Source: a virus. From it: a stretch of 64,000 bases of DNA. Below, piece by piece: positions 16,105-25,668 of this stretch. The position numbers were made by a program, and so were the translations under genes. The stretch lies in IMG/VR virus record IMGVR_UViG_3300031857_000028, positions 81,754 to 145,753 of that record. The stretch is one strand, 5' to 3'. The stretch's first letter is position 1, and each line of letters starts with the position of its first letter. The notes below the pieces were generated by a model. The model worked only from the letters and a program-made list of their open reading frames with translations. It was not told the DNA's origin and made no database searches.

Positions 16105-19100
16105 TTAGTCTTGTCTGTTTTTTGGTATACCTGCTCTATTTGATAATCCACGCATTCTTTGACGAATAACAGCCATTGCTGCTCTGTGTGCAGGATGTTC
16201 TTTGTTATAATCCATTGCCGTGTCAATTTTAATTTCGTTACCCGTTTCTGGATTTGTAATACGCATTTTTAATAACGATTTAAATAATGTATTTGCGTTT
16301 ACTTTTTTCTTTGACGCACTTCCATCTTTTTTAGCAGGATATACGGAGATAGGTGCATCGAATGGTGCTGCTCTCCCGAGTACTTTTACCGGCATCGTAT
16401 GTCCCAGTGATGCTAATACCGATAATCGTGTATTTCCACCCAACAAATAATAGCCACTTACATGTTTAATAACAACTGGCATGGAAATTGGTTTCTTTGC
16501 TTTAATATCTGTTAACAATCCCGTAACATCCTTCTTATTACCAATCATTTGTTTTAGAATTTGCGTTTTATTTTTCCCACTTAAAATATCACCAACGTCA
16601 CTGTTTTCTAATGCTTTTAATTCGTTTATATCTAACACTTCGGCAGGTGCCTTTTTAATCATATCAATTAATTCATATGAAGAATCTGCTAGATTTGGAA
16701 ATGCTTTTAACGTTCGTTCGTTCTTGAAATACTCGTCAATTTCATGTTCCAATTCTTCTTCTGTATGTTCTTTCACATATATATAGACTTTTAAATTCTC
16801 AGAACTAGATTTACTTTCCATCAACATTGTCTCATTCTGTTGCATTGCAGCTTGCACCAATGCTTCTGCTGCTTTTCTAGCCGAATGTTCTTTTGGATAC
16901 GTTAATGCTGTAGCAACTAAAATTTTTCTACCAGTGTCGGGGTTTTCAACTCGTTGTCGCAATACCGACTTGGCACGTTTTACTGCTTTTTCATCTGGTT
17001 TTTTCTTACCACGTTTTGTTGGTTCACCGTGCTGAGCAGTTAGTTTTCTGGCTTCTTCCGATTCCGTTGTTGTTTTTACAATCTTATCAAAGATTTTTTG
17101 GTCGAACTTTCCATACACTTTTGTGAAAATTTCTTGTTTTGCACGGTCAGTAATTTGTGGGTCACCCATTACGGCACGAAGTTGTGTTCCACTGATATTT
17201 TTTCCGTCAATTGACAATTGCATTTCTGGTGCAACAATAAAATATCCTTGGTCTTTAAATCCTTTACGTTCTTCTTCCGGTACATCATCAAAATTTCTAA
17301 AGTATTTACCGCCACTTAAACGTTCCGAGTCCTTTTGACTGACTGCGGTTACATACGTAGTATCTTCAGGTACTTTTTCTAGAATTTCCACAGGTGCATA
17401 TGGATTTTTAACTTGAACAATCATCTCTTCCGGAATATCAAACATTCGGGTCATGATTTCTTGTCTGTCCCTGAACTCAAATGGTGATTTAATAGCATCC
17501 GTCTTACCGCTAGAAGCTATATATACATTCTCTTTCCCAAATTTCTCCACCAATCCTTCATAAATACTATAATGACCGGCATGGAACGGTTGGAATCGAC
17601 CCGTAAAGATTGCAATAGTTCGTTTTGGTGGAGTTTCTGCTGAGGGTTCCGTTGGTTCTGCTGCCGTAGGTTCTGTTTCCGTGGTACCCGGTGGATTGTA
17701 TGTTTGTTCGTATTCTTGTTTTGCAACACGATAATATCCATCACCATCTTTCACTAAATAATCACCTGGCTTCATCACCATTGATTGACCCCACGGAGCC
17801 GTAAATGTAATGTCTTCAGTTCCCGTATATGCCGCTACTTGTCGAGGAGATTGTTCAGGTATTTTTGTTCCGTTTGGTCCATCAGCATACAATTTATCAA
17901 ATTTACCTGCCTTGACCACATATTGCTCGCCGGACGGTCCAGACATAATAATGTCGCCTACTTCTGCCACATTTTCAGTTTCTTTACCATCAGCTGTCAC
18001 CGTAACAACTTTCAATCCGTCAACGGTATTTTTTGCAAACGACATCGGTTTCATACCTTCTAAGTCTGAGGCATCTCCTATGTCATTGCCTTGTGCATAT
18101 TGTTTTGCTTGTTTTGTGGTTGGTTTAAATTCTAATTTAGACGCCACATCTTTTATATCAGTTAGTTCAGGTGTTTTTGGTTCTTCCGATTCTTTTGGAG
18201 CCATTCCAAACTTAAATGTTCCCGTAATTTGATTTATAGGAGCAAATTGTCCGGTAAACTTATAGGGTTTCCCGTTATAAATAAATACCACACCTTCCGA
18301 TGGGACGATGTTATCAATTCCCATACCCTCCAGACGTTCTAATTCCCTCTGTAGCTTAGCAATCTTATCTGGTTGGTCACTATCTCTGATTGCTTTAATG
18401 GCTTCCAGCACGTCCCGTTTGAGCTGGGCACTGGCCTCTGGATTATTCGATGATAAGAAGTTGGTAACTCTCCGCAATGAGTCAGTTCCGACTTGTAAGA
18501 AAGTAGTTTCTATCGGCTTAATCATTGCCTTTTGTTTTTGTGCTAATTCATTTTTCTCAAACTCTCTAAACCACTTCTTGGTTTCGTCGTTCTCAATATC
18601 TTTCACCCCAAATTTTTTACTACCGTCTGTCCAACGATCTACTAACCCATTAAATTCCTTCTCGGATAGTTCGATTCCCTTAGATTGCATTTGTTGAGTA
18701 AGTTCACGTTCCCACCAAGCACGACGATAATCTGCTAGGGTAGCTTTGTCATCTAATTCAAATTCTTGAGCAACTCTATCTAACCGACCAGAATAGTCTT
18801 CAGCTTTCTGTTGATACGTCTCTGTTTCGGCATCACTGAATACAATAGTTTTTGGACCGCTAATACCAAATGTTTTTTGTTGTTCTGCTCCAACCGCAGT
18901 AACTGCATCAGCAAATTCCTTTCCATCGGTTGTTGACCGACCAATTTCATTTCCGTCTTCATCATATTCGATAGTTCCATGCATGACCAAGACACTTTTC
19001 CCATACGGAATGACATTTTGTGTATCTGGGAGGATAACTTCCAAACTCATGAACTTAGAACCACTTCCAAACATTTGCTGAATTTGTTCAGGGGTCATTC

Positions 19101-20301
19101 TTTCTACTGCTGCCTGCAAATCTTCTGCGGCACCAGTAAATGCCTTTTCAATTCCGCCACGCCCAGAAAACATTTGACGAATACCTGCCACATCTAATGC
19201 ATTCTTTCCACGATTTTTTACATGACTTTTGTTACGTGCAAATACAATTTGCCCATCACGCACGGTAAATGCAATATTTTGCCCATCTAACTTTTCGGTG
19301 ACAGGTGCTTCTTGGTCTAATCCACCTAACAATCCACGATTAATCATTTCTTTCATGTCAGCAAAGGAAAGATCTTCGTCTTCAAACGGGTGTGCTAAAT
19401 GTCCTGCAGCACCTCCTTCCACGATTAATCCTTCGGAAAGGAAGATGTTCTTATTCATCTTTGCATAATTACGCATCAATACTCCTGCAAGTGCATTTGC
19501 CTCATTTTCAATTGGCGAACCCGTTGCAGTATCTACTGATGGGGTTGTTAGTTGCCCGTTTTGCATTTGTTTGACATGTACCAATTCATGTGCAAGCGTA
19601 CGTAAAATGTCTGCTAATAAACGATTTTTTACGACTACTGCAACCTTATTTAGTTTTGGATTATAATGACCCAAACTCATCATGTCTTTCGTAGGTTCAA
19701 TAATTACAAATGTTGGTCTGTCAGTAATTTCCAACTGTTTCATTGCATACAGAACAAATGTAGCAATACTTTTCTTGATGGCATCTTGCTTCGACGGTGT
19801 ACGACGTTTTACCGCCGATGGTTTCTTTGGTGTAGACTTTTTAGTTGATTTTTTTGGTGTAGACGCAGTAGTTTTCTTTTCGGGTTTTTTTGACGGTGTA
19901 GATTTCTTGGTCGATGGTTCCGGCGGACTTCCGTCTTTTTTATCTCGACCATGATCTTTTTTTGCTAAACGCCAACCGTTGCCAGGACCATCTGGATGAT
20001 GAACGTCATGGTTTTTCATTTTAGCTTTTCCGTGTTTTTTTACTGCTTTTGCACGATCACGATTCCGTTGGACTCTATCATCTTGCGTATCACGTAAATA
20101 TTTTCTAACTTTTTCTGGATGTCTTTTATAATATCTACGCACACGTTCCGTACTGGACTTTTCCTCTTCTATTGGGTCCAAGTCTGCAAAACGTTTTGTA
20201 AGTACCTCCTTATCTTCCGGCGGTGGTACTTTCTTAAAGGCTCCAGTGAACCCACTTAATGCGTAATCGGGTGAATCGTACGGATTGTTTTCTTCTTTCA
20301 T
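16105..20301 (-). CDS. 1398-aa multidomain protein: HNH-like, zincin, ligase-like nucleotidyltransferase, PGDY domain, HxGH nucleotidyltransferase, ParB/Srx-like
   Basis: DVHHPDG; TLAHELVH...ENEANA; TEKLDGQN/FARNK/SEGVVF/YKF; MKPGDYLV; TGRFQPFHAGH...ISGTQLR; PVV...LLGGNTRL. Confidence 0.75.
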   Translation of the reverse strand: MKEENNPYDSPDYALSGFTGAFKKVPPPEDKEVLTKRFADLDPIEEEKSSTERVRRYYKRHPEKVRKYLRDTQDDRVQRNRDRAKAVKKHGKAKMKNHDVHHPDGPGNGWRLAKKDHGRDKKDGSPPEPSTKKSTPSKKPEKKTTASTPKKSTKKSTPKKPSAVKRRTPSKQDAIKKSIATFVLYAMKQLEITDRPTFVIIEPTKDMMSLGHYNPKLNKVAVVVKNRLLADILRTLAHELVHVKQMQNGQLTTPSVDTATGSPIENEANALAGVLMRNYAKMNKNIFLSEGLIVEGGAAGHLAHPFEDEDLSFADMKEMINRGLLGGLDQEAPVTEKLDGQNIAFTVRDGQIVFARNKSHVKNRGKNALDVAGIRQMFSGRGGIEKAFTGAAEDLQAAVERMTPEQIQQMFGSGSKFMSLEVILPDTQNVIPYGKSVLVMHGTIEYDEDGNEIGRSTTDGKEFADAVTAVGAEQQKTFGISGPKTIVFSDAETETYQQKAEDYSGRLDRVAQEFELDDKATLADYRRAWWERELTQQMQSKGIELSEKEFNGLVDRWTDGSKKFGVKDIENDETKKWFREFEKNELAQKQKAMIKPIETTFLQVGTDSLRRVTNFLSSNNPEASAQLKRDVLEAIKAIRDSDQPDKIAKLQRELERLEGMGIDNIVPSEGVVFIYNGKPYKFTGQFAPINQITGTFKFGMAPKESEEPKTPELTDIKDVASKLEFKPTTKQAKQYAQGNDIGDASDLEGMKPMSFAKNTVDGLKVVTVTADGKETENVAEVGDIIMSGPSGEQYVVKAGKFDKLYADGPNGTKIPEQSPRQVAAYTGTEDITFTAPWGQSMVMKPGDYLVKDGDGYYRVAKQEYEQTYNPPGTTETEPTAAEPTEPSAETPPKRTIAIFTGRFQPFHAGHYSIYEGLVEKFGKENVYIASSGKTDAIKSPFEFRDRQEIMTRMFDIPEEMIVQVKNPYAPVEILEKVPEDTTYVTAVSQKDSERLSGGKYFRNFDDVPEEERKGFKDQGYFIVAPEMQLSIDGKNISGTQLRAVMGDPQITDRAKQEIFTKVYGKFDQKIFDKIVKTTTESEEARKLTAQHGEPTKRGKKKPDEKAVKRAKSVLRQRVENPDTGRKILVATALTYPKEHSARKAAEALVQAAMQQNETMLMESKSSSENLKVYIYVKEHTEEELEHEIDEYFKNERTLKAFPNLADSSYELIDMIKKAPAEVLDINELKALENSDVGDILSGKNKTQILKQMIGNKKDVTGLLTDIKAKKPISMPVVIKHVSGYYLLGGNTRLSVLASLGHTMPVKVLGRAAPFDAPISVYPAKKDGSASKKKVNANTLFKSLLKMRITNPETGNEIKIDTAMDYNKEHPAHRAAMAVIRQRMRGLSNRAGIPKNRQD

Positions 20302-20333
20302 AAAGTAGTATTTGGTAAATATTATAAACTTCT

Positions 20334-20341
20334 TATAAATA
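20334..20341 (-). promoter_or_regulatory. Putative late promoter element TATTTATA
   Basis: 33 nt upstream of the 1398-aa gene start. Confidence 0.55.
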
Positions 20342-20362
20342 GAGTTTCTACTCTAAAAAACA

Positions 20363-20581
20363 TTACCATGAGCCTCTTGGCCACACTTGTCCGACCGTTG
20401 GAACAACCATTCCGCTCACTGATTGTGTAGGAAGTTGTGTAATTGCACGAGGCTCACTTCCAGAGTATCCTATTATTGTAGGATATGTTAACATATACGT
20501 AATATGCGAATTCAGATTTATTTGCATTTCTTGTACAGAAGCTGTTACAATTCCTGTGTCTAAAAAAGAACCGGTTGACAT
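20363..20581 (-). CDS. Small hypothetical virion-associated protein
   Basis: Tightly coupled to the upstream structural genes; TGS/TAS/SGS motifs. Confidence 0.5.
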   Translation of the reverse strand: MSTGSFLDTGIVTASVQEMQINLNSHITYMLTYPTIIGYSGSEPRAITQLPTQSVSGMVVPTVGQVWPRGSW

Positions 20582-20582
20582 A

Positions 20583-21527
20583 TTATTCGCTTCTCATAAT
20601 TAACCGATTATTCGTCGTAAAACTTCTATCGGCTACTATAGAACTATCACTAAATTCAATATTTGATGAAACAAAATAGGTACTTGATGTGTTATACACA
20701 TTAATAGTATATGTTGCGTTGGTGACAAAGTCGGACGATTTTACCAATCCCATCATACGCAACAGATTATGTGGTCCATACTGTACCATCGGTATAAACA
20801 ATCCTACTGAAAGAAACTGCGCATTTCTTGATGTTGCCAAACTACTGTGTACATAATTTTGAAATGTTTCTGGAACCGGTACTTGACTTGCACTGAGTGG
20901 CGTGTACATCAAATATGATTGTCTGTATTCTGGTGCATTTGCATTATGTGTTCCTACAATTACTCCCTCGTTTGTAACATTTCCATACACATCCTTCGTT
21001 CGTTCTACAAATCCAAATGCTGCAGCACCCGGCAAATTATCTGCAATAAGTATACCCATATCGCCACCGGAAATAATACACACTCGGTGGTCGTACAATG
21101 CACCTGAGTTGGGTGCGCCGCCGGTTGTTATTACCATCGACGTTGCTCCCGTGTTACCAATTCCCAACGACCGATTACTGCCCCCGACACTTCCACTACC
21201 ATCGTGGTCAAAACCAACGGTAACTGCTACACTATATCGGGTCGTGGATACGGCAATATTCCCATAATCCAATCGAATATATACAGGATACCCATTATTG
21301 TGCAGTACATCATTCATACTAAATACTTGATATCCCGTCGATCTCGTACTTGCTGGCGGCGGTGTTGCTGAACTTGTGTTAATACCCCCGACTGCATTGG
21401 TGTTTATCCACCCTGCAGCCGACAAGCTATCTCCTATAACCTTCACAAAACTAGTAAACGATTCTGATGTTGCCGTTGCAGGCGATGCCGCATGTAATAA
21501 TGAGGATGTAACAATAACTGTCATCAA
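20583..21527 (-). CDS. Putative virion fibre/structural protein (paralog of 21524..22393)
   Basis: Shared pattern G[WF]....G.[IL]..., Y.VF.[MF]ND.....P.[YF]IR..Y, G..H[DN].SG, FER; S/T/G-rich. Confidence 0.55.
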   Translation of the reverse strand: MMTVIVTSSLLHAASPATATSESFTSFVKVIGDSLSAAGWINTNAVGGINTSSATPPPASTRSTGYQVFSMNDVLHNNGYPVYIRLDYGNIAVSTTRYSVAVTVGFDHDGSGSVGGSNRSLGIGNTGATSMVITTGGAPNSGALYDHRVCIISGGDMGILIADNLPGAAAFGFVERTKDVYGNVTNEGVIVGTHNANAPEYRQSYLMYTPLSASQVPVPETFQNYVHSSLATSRNAQFLSVGLFIPMVQYGPHNLLRMMGLVKSSDFVTNATYTINVYNTSSTYFVSSNIEFSDSSIVADRSFTTNNRLIMRSE

Positions 21528-22393
21528 GTACTCCGTAGTAAAAAGACGTTGTTTGTGTACATATTTGGAGAATTTGTTCCAAAATTTATGTAATCTCGTT
21601 GGGTTCCGTACACGGTATATGGTACAGTTTGTAATATTGCGTTTACGTCGGCAGTAAATGCAACTAATATATTTGGGGTCGGGTTCAGTGGTCGGCCTGC
21701 AAACGGGTAGATTAGACCAGCCACAAATCGTCCGTCATACAACGATGGCCTACGTGATGATTTAGAGTTTGGTATAAATCCGCTTTCTCTTGATGCCGGT
21801 GCATTTCCGTATATGGCAGTTTGCGAATATAAAATTTTTGTGGCAACTACATTTCCTTCTGTACCAAGCATATGAAATCCACTGCCTGTTGGTTGACCAT
21901 TCGTACCATACAGTCGTTCAAAAACAAAAAATTGACCGGTTGCCATTTGTGGAAAATAGGCAACCGTCATAAAAGATCCATCTCCACAACCATGTATAGT
22001 ACTACCGGAAACTGGTGTTGTGGTGTATGCGGCAACATTTGATATTTCTGTCAACGTATCAATTCCTGTGAACGATCCAGAACTATTATGTGCTGTACCC
22101 ATTTGACAATATAGTTGTACACCATTGATTTGGCCGCCACTAAAATATCGCACTCTAATAAATAATGGATTCGTACTTTGCCACGAATCATTGAACGCAA
22201 ATACGTCATACGTATACTGTTGATTTGCTGTACCAAATGGAGTTAGTGTATTTAAATTATCTAATGAACCCGATTGCACCGTTCTCGTAAATCCGCATGT
22301 AGTAAATGCTTCACGCACACTTGATACCGTTTCTACTAACGATGCGGCAACCTGCATATTCGGATTTAATATTGATTTATAGTATGATGCCAT
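21524..22393 (-). CDS. Putative virion fibre/structural protein (paralog of 20583..21527)
   Basis: Same shared pattern as 20583..21527; AGGAG SD. Confidence 0.55.
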   Translation of the reverse strand: MASYYKSILNPNMQVAASLVETVSSVREAFTTCGFTRTVQSGSLDNLNTLTPFGTANQQYTYDVFAFNDSWQSTNPLFIRVRYFSGGQINGVQLYCQMGTAHNSSGSFTGIDTLTEISNVAAYTTTPVSGSTIHGCGDGSFMTVAYFPQMATGQFFVFERLYGTNGQPTGSGFHMLGTEGNVVATKILYSQTAIYGNAPASRESGFIPNSKSSRRPSLYDGRFVAGLIYPFAGRPLNPTPNILVAFTADVNAILQTVPYTVYGTQRDYINFGTNSPNMYTNNVFLLRST

Positions 22394-22405
22394 TACATGA
22401 CTCCT

Positions 22406-25231
22406 TTATTCTAACACAATTCGATTGAATGACATGGAAATGTCAGTGGTAGTTCCAGACAGATTGGTTACTGTATAATATATAGTTGATACCGTCACTG
22501 GATCCATGTTTGCCCCGTTTGCTATAGGGGACAATGTATAATTATATAACGCCGGAGAACCGCTTAGAATCAAATCGGTTATGATTCCAGAATTATTTGC
22601 AGGGTCAGTTCCGATTGGTCGAGTTAAATCACTGTTTACGTATGATTGAGAACCATATAATCTAAGGCGCACGTCGGTATTTACTTGGGTAGAAAGTAAC
22701 ATAAACGTTTTTCCAAGAGAAATACTTCCGGTGTAATTTTGATTTGGTGATATACTTGCAACATTTGCCGAAACCGTCCCTCTACTCAAACTAGTTTGTG
22801 ACTGATTACTATTTAATGCATATGAAGCCGTTGTTGCAAAACTTGCAGAAGGAACGTTTGTAGATGACCCAATTCGCACCATTCCAATACTTGCACTTGC
22901 ATTTATAGGAACGTTGTCACCGTCATTTTCACTAACACCTAGTTGAACAAAACTACCCGACGTTAGATATACCACTGCGCCCGCATGTGTACCCGGGTCG
23001 TTGTGTTCAAAATATGCAACAGTAGAACTATACCCAACCGTTTCGGTCCCATCTACTACAATCGATATTCTTCTACCTAAGCCAGTGTTGGCGTTCCAGT
23101 GACAATACCCCGATATTGTATACCACCCGTCTGCCCCATTTGGTACTATTAATTTTGTTGGGTCACTTATATCCCAGAAATTCAAATCATCTCTACGTTC
23201 CGTAGTAAACGGAATGTAGTTCAAATTGTTATCTGTTAATGTTAAACTTGCCGACCTATATACATTCACACCGACAGTACTTCCAGTTAGATTAACCGTA
23301 ATTCCAGATAACGATGTTAGTGCATAACTTGATGTTATTGCTGTGTTTGCAAATGACGCACTTGTTGCAAAACTTGCACTAATAGAACTCGACGCCCAAC
23401 TTGCACTAACACTACTTCCTCCCCCAGTCCCGCCATTTAATGCAAATGATGCCGTTACTGCATATGACGCACTTTGAACAGACCCTAATAATACACTAGC
23501 AGTTGCTGCATATGACGCACTTTCGATTGAACCCAGTAATAGACTAGCCGTGGCAGCAGAAGTTGCTGTACTTGCTGTTGCACTATTTCGTGCCCAACTA
23601 CTCGTTCCTAAAAATCCAACTTGATTTACTAAAGAACTGGTAAATGCATTTGCTAATACGTGACCCGTTCTGGTAATTCGTGCCAATAAGTTACCACCTT
23701 GTAATTGAACGGGACGTATACCAAGATTACTTCTAAATTCAAAATCAGTTCCGGCAAATTCTGAACCAATAACAAATTGGTTATTTGAAACATCCCCAGT
23801 AACCCCGAACCAGCTGGTAAATCTATTTGTTCTTGCTAAACCAAACACTACACTGGTTTTTGCCGAAGTACCTGTAGTAAAGTGGTATGCCACTTGATTG
23901 GAATCATTACTTGGGTCAAAGTTTTCATTAACACTAAACCCATTACTTGATTGCGGATAAAATATTTGACTACCCAATACTAATGTATTTGGGCTGGATA
24001 TGGCCAGTGAACCGCTGACTACGCTTAATCCAGAAGTTCTTAACGATCCGGTAATTTCTGTGTCACCGATAACTCGTAGTTCTACCGGTAAACTACTAGA
24101 CAATGTTAACGAACCCGTAATTGTCTGATTTCCAATGAATATATTTGAACCGGTGGTTGCAAACGAACCCGTGTTAATTGGTGCACCACCTCCACCACCA
24201 TTCAAAGCAAACGATGCCGTTAATGCAGTTGTTGCATAACTTGCGCTGATTGAACTGGATGCCCAACTAGATGAAATTGCATTAGATTGTGTAGAACCAT
24301 TCCCATCTGAACCAACCCCAACTTCTCGACCGAGGTCTGCAAATGGTGTGGAAGAATGTCTGAAAAAATCAAATACTGCTTTACAGCCAACTGAAGTATT
24401 TATCGTTGATGCACAGATACCAACGCGGTTTGGGAGTTGAGTACTAAACCATGATGAAGCAGGTTCACTAAATAATATATCATATTCAACACCATCAAAC
24501 GAACGTGCAAAGTATAATGTAGTTCCATCAAAATCAATTCTATGAAATACTGTCGGTGAAAATGCACCACCTTCATATGAAATTGAATTGAAACTTGTAA
24601 AACTATTATATCTTAAAACTTGTGTATTTAATAGTCGAATATCATTACTCGGTCCACAAAAAATTCTGAAGACTGTAACTTTTCCGCTAACCGTATCTCT
24701 CAAGTATATTGCAGAATTATGATATGTATTTTTCCCTAAAAGTTCCATTCTAGTAAGTACTGTAAAACCTCCAGTAGGTAAAACTTTTTCTATGGCAGTA
24801 GGGTTGTCCCCCGAACCAGTCAGTGGAGTTATGATACACCGTCCGTTCAATACTGTAACTGTTCCACTGCCAGTTGCCAAAGTCCATCCCGATGGAATTC
24901 CACTACCACTGACGGTAAACTCATCATTTAAGACCGACGGATTTGTCGGTGGAGCAAATGGGTCATATTTCGTATAAATTGCTTGACCACCTCCACCGCC
25001 ACCGCCATTCAACGCATACGAGGCAGTTAATGCGTATGAAGAAGAATTTGCTGTGTCCGCAATAGAGGCAGTTGGATTTGGCTTGTAATTCAGTAATACC
25101 AATTCACCATTATGTTTTTTAGAGAATAGCCGGCCATCGTAAGAATTAAATGCTAATTCTCCGACTGCCAAATATTGTGGATCTGGTGTGGAACCTGATG
25201 TTGGGTTACTTTTTACAATAATTCCTGCCAT
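22406..25231 (-). CDS. Tail-fibre-like protein
   Basis: N-terminal L..GELA.N..DG.LF fibre motif; repeated SAS[YF]A.TAS[YF]ALNGG segments; lectin-like and C1q-like beta domains. Confidence 0.7.
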   Translation of the reverse strand: MAGIIVKSNPTSGSTPDPQYLAVGELAFNSYDGRLFSKKHNGELVLLNYKPNPTASIADTANSSSYALTASYALNGGGGGGGQAIYTKYDPFAPPTNPSVLNDEFTVSGSGIPSGWTLATGSGTVTVLNGRCIITPLTGSGDNPTAIEKVLPTGGFTVLTRMELLGKNTYHNSAIYLRDTVSGKVTVFRIFCGPSNDIRLLNTQVLRYNSFTSFNSISYEGGAFSPTVFHRIDFDGTTLYFARSFDGVEYDILFSEPASSWFSTQLPNRVGICASTINTSVGCKAVFDFFRHSSTPFADLGREVGVGSDGNGSTQSNAISSSWASSSISASYATTALTASFALNGGGGGAPINTGSFATTGSNIFIGNQTITGSLTLSSSLPVELRVIGDTEITGSLRTSGLSVVSGSLAISSPNTLVLGSQIFYPQSSNGFSVNENFDPSNDSNQVAYHFTTGTSAKTSVVFGLARTNRFTSWFGVTGDVSNNQFVIGSEFAGTDFEFRSNLGIRPVQLQGGNLLARITRTGHVLANAFTSSLVNQVGFLGTSSWARNSATASTATSAATASLLLGSIESASYAATASVLLGSVQSASYAVTASFALNGGTGGGSSVSASWASSSISASFATSASFANTAITSSYALTSLSGITVNLTGSTVGVNVYRSASLTLTDNNLNYIPFTTERRDDLNFWDISDPTKLIVPNGADGWYTISGYCHWNANTGLGRRISIVVDGTETVGYSSTVAYFEHNDPGTHAGAVVYLTSGSFVQLGVSENDGDNVPINASASIGMVRIGSSTNVPSASFATTASYALNSNQSQTSLSRGTVSANVASISPNQNYTGSISLGKTFMLLSTQVNTDVRLRLYGSQSYVNSDLTRPIGTDPANNSGIITDLILSGSPALYNYTLSPIANGANMDPVTVSTIYYTVTNLSGTTTDISMSFNRIVLE

Positions 25232-25242
25232 AGTGTTATTCT

Positions 25243-25668
25243 CTAATCAATAATGTATGCATATGCAAATGGTCTACTTGTGACGTTTGATATAATTATA
25301 TTTAAAAATACTGAAGACACGTTTACGTTTGACCCGGTATTCGTGTATAGGATATTATCAAACACCGATGATACGTTTACGTTTGACCCCGTGGTTGTGT
25401 ATAGAATATTATCAAACACTGAGGAGACATTTACTACGGAACCAGTGTTCGTATATAAAATATTATCAAATACAGAGGACACTCTTGTTAAAGAACTACT
25501 TTCAGCTACCCCGACTATTAGTGTTATTAGGTCTTGGGTAATTCTAACGTCAGAACTACCGGATCCTATTAGTACGGTAGTTAAATCTTGGGTAATTCTA
25601 ACGTCAGAACTACCGGATCCTATTAATGTAGTGGTTAAGTCTTGGGTAACTCGTAAATCAGTGGACAT
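25243..25668 (-). CDS. Protein built from two kinds of 18-aa tandem repeat
   Basis: About 3x SDVRITQDLTTVLIGSGS, then about 4x VNVSSVFDNILYTNTGSN. Confidence 0.7.
   Translation of the reverse strand: MSTDLRVTQDLTTTLIGSGSSDVRITQDLTTVLIGSGSSDVRITQDLITLIVGVAESSSLTRVSSVFDNILYTNTGSVVNVSSVFDNILYTTTGSNVNVSSVFDNILYTNTGSNVNVSSVFLNIIISNVTSRPFAYAYIID
25300..25665. repeat. Two coding 54-bp tandem repeat arrays
   Basis: tcttgggtaattctaacgtcagaactaccggatcctatta repeats with a 54-bp period; acgtttacgtttgaccc...gtatag.atattatcaaacac repeats with a 54-bp period. Confidence 0.85.

Noticed and set aside
25300-25665. Possible CRISPR array
   Set aside because: 54-bp in-frame coding repeats without unique spacers; no cas genes in the window
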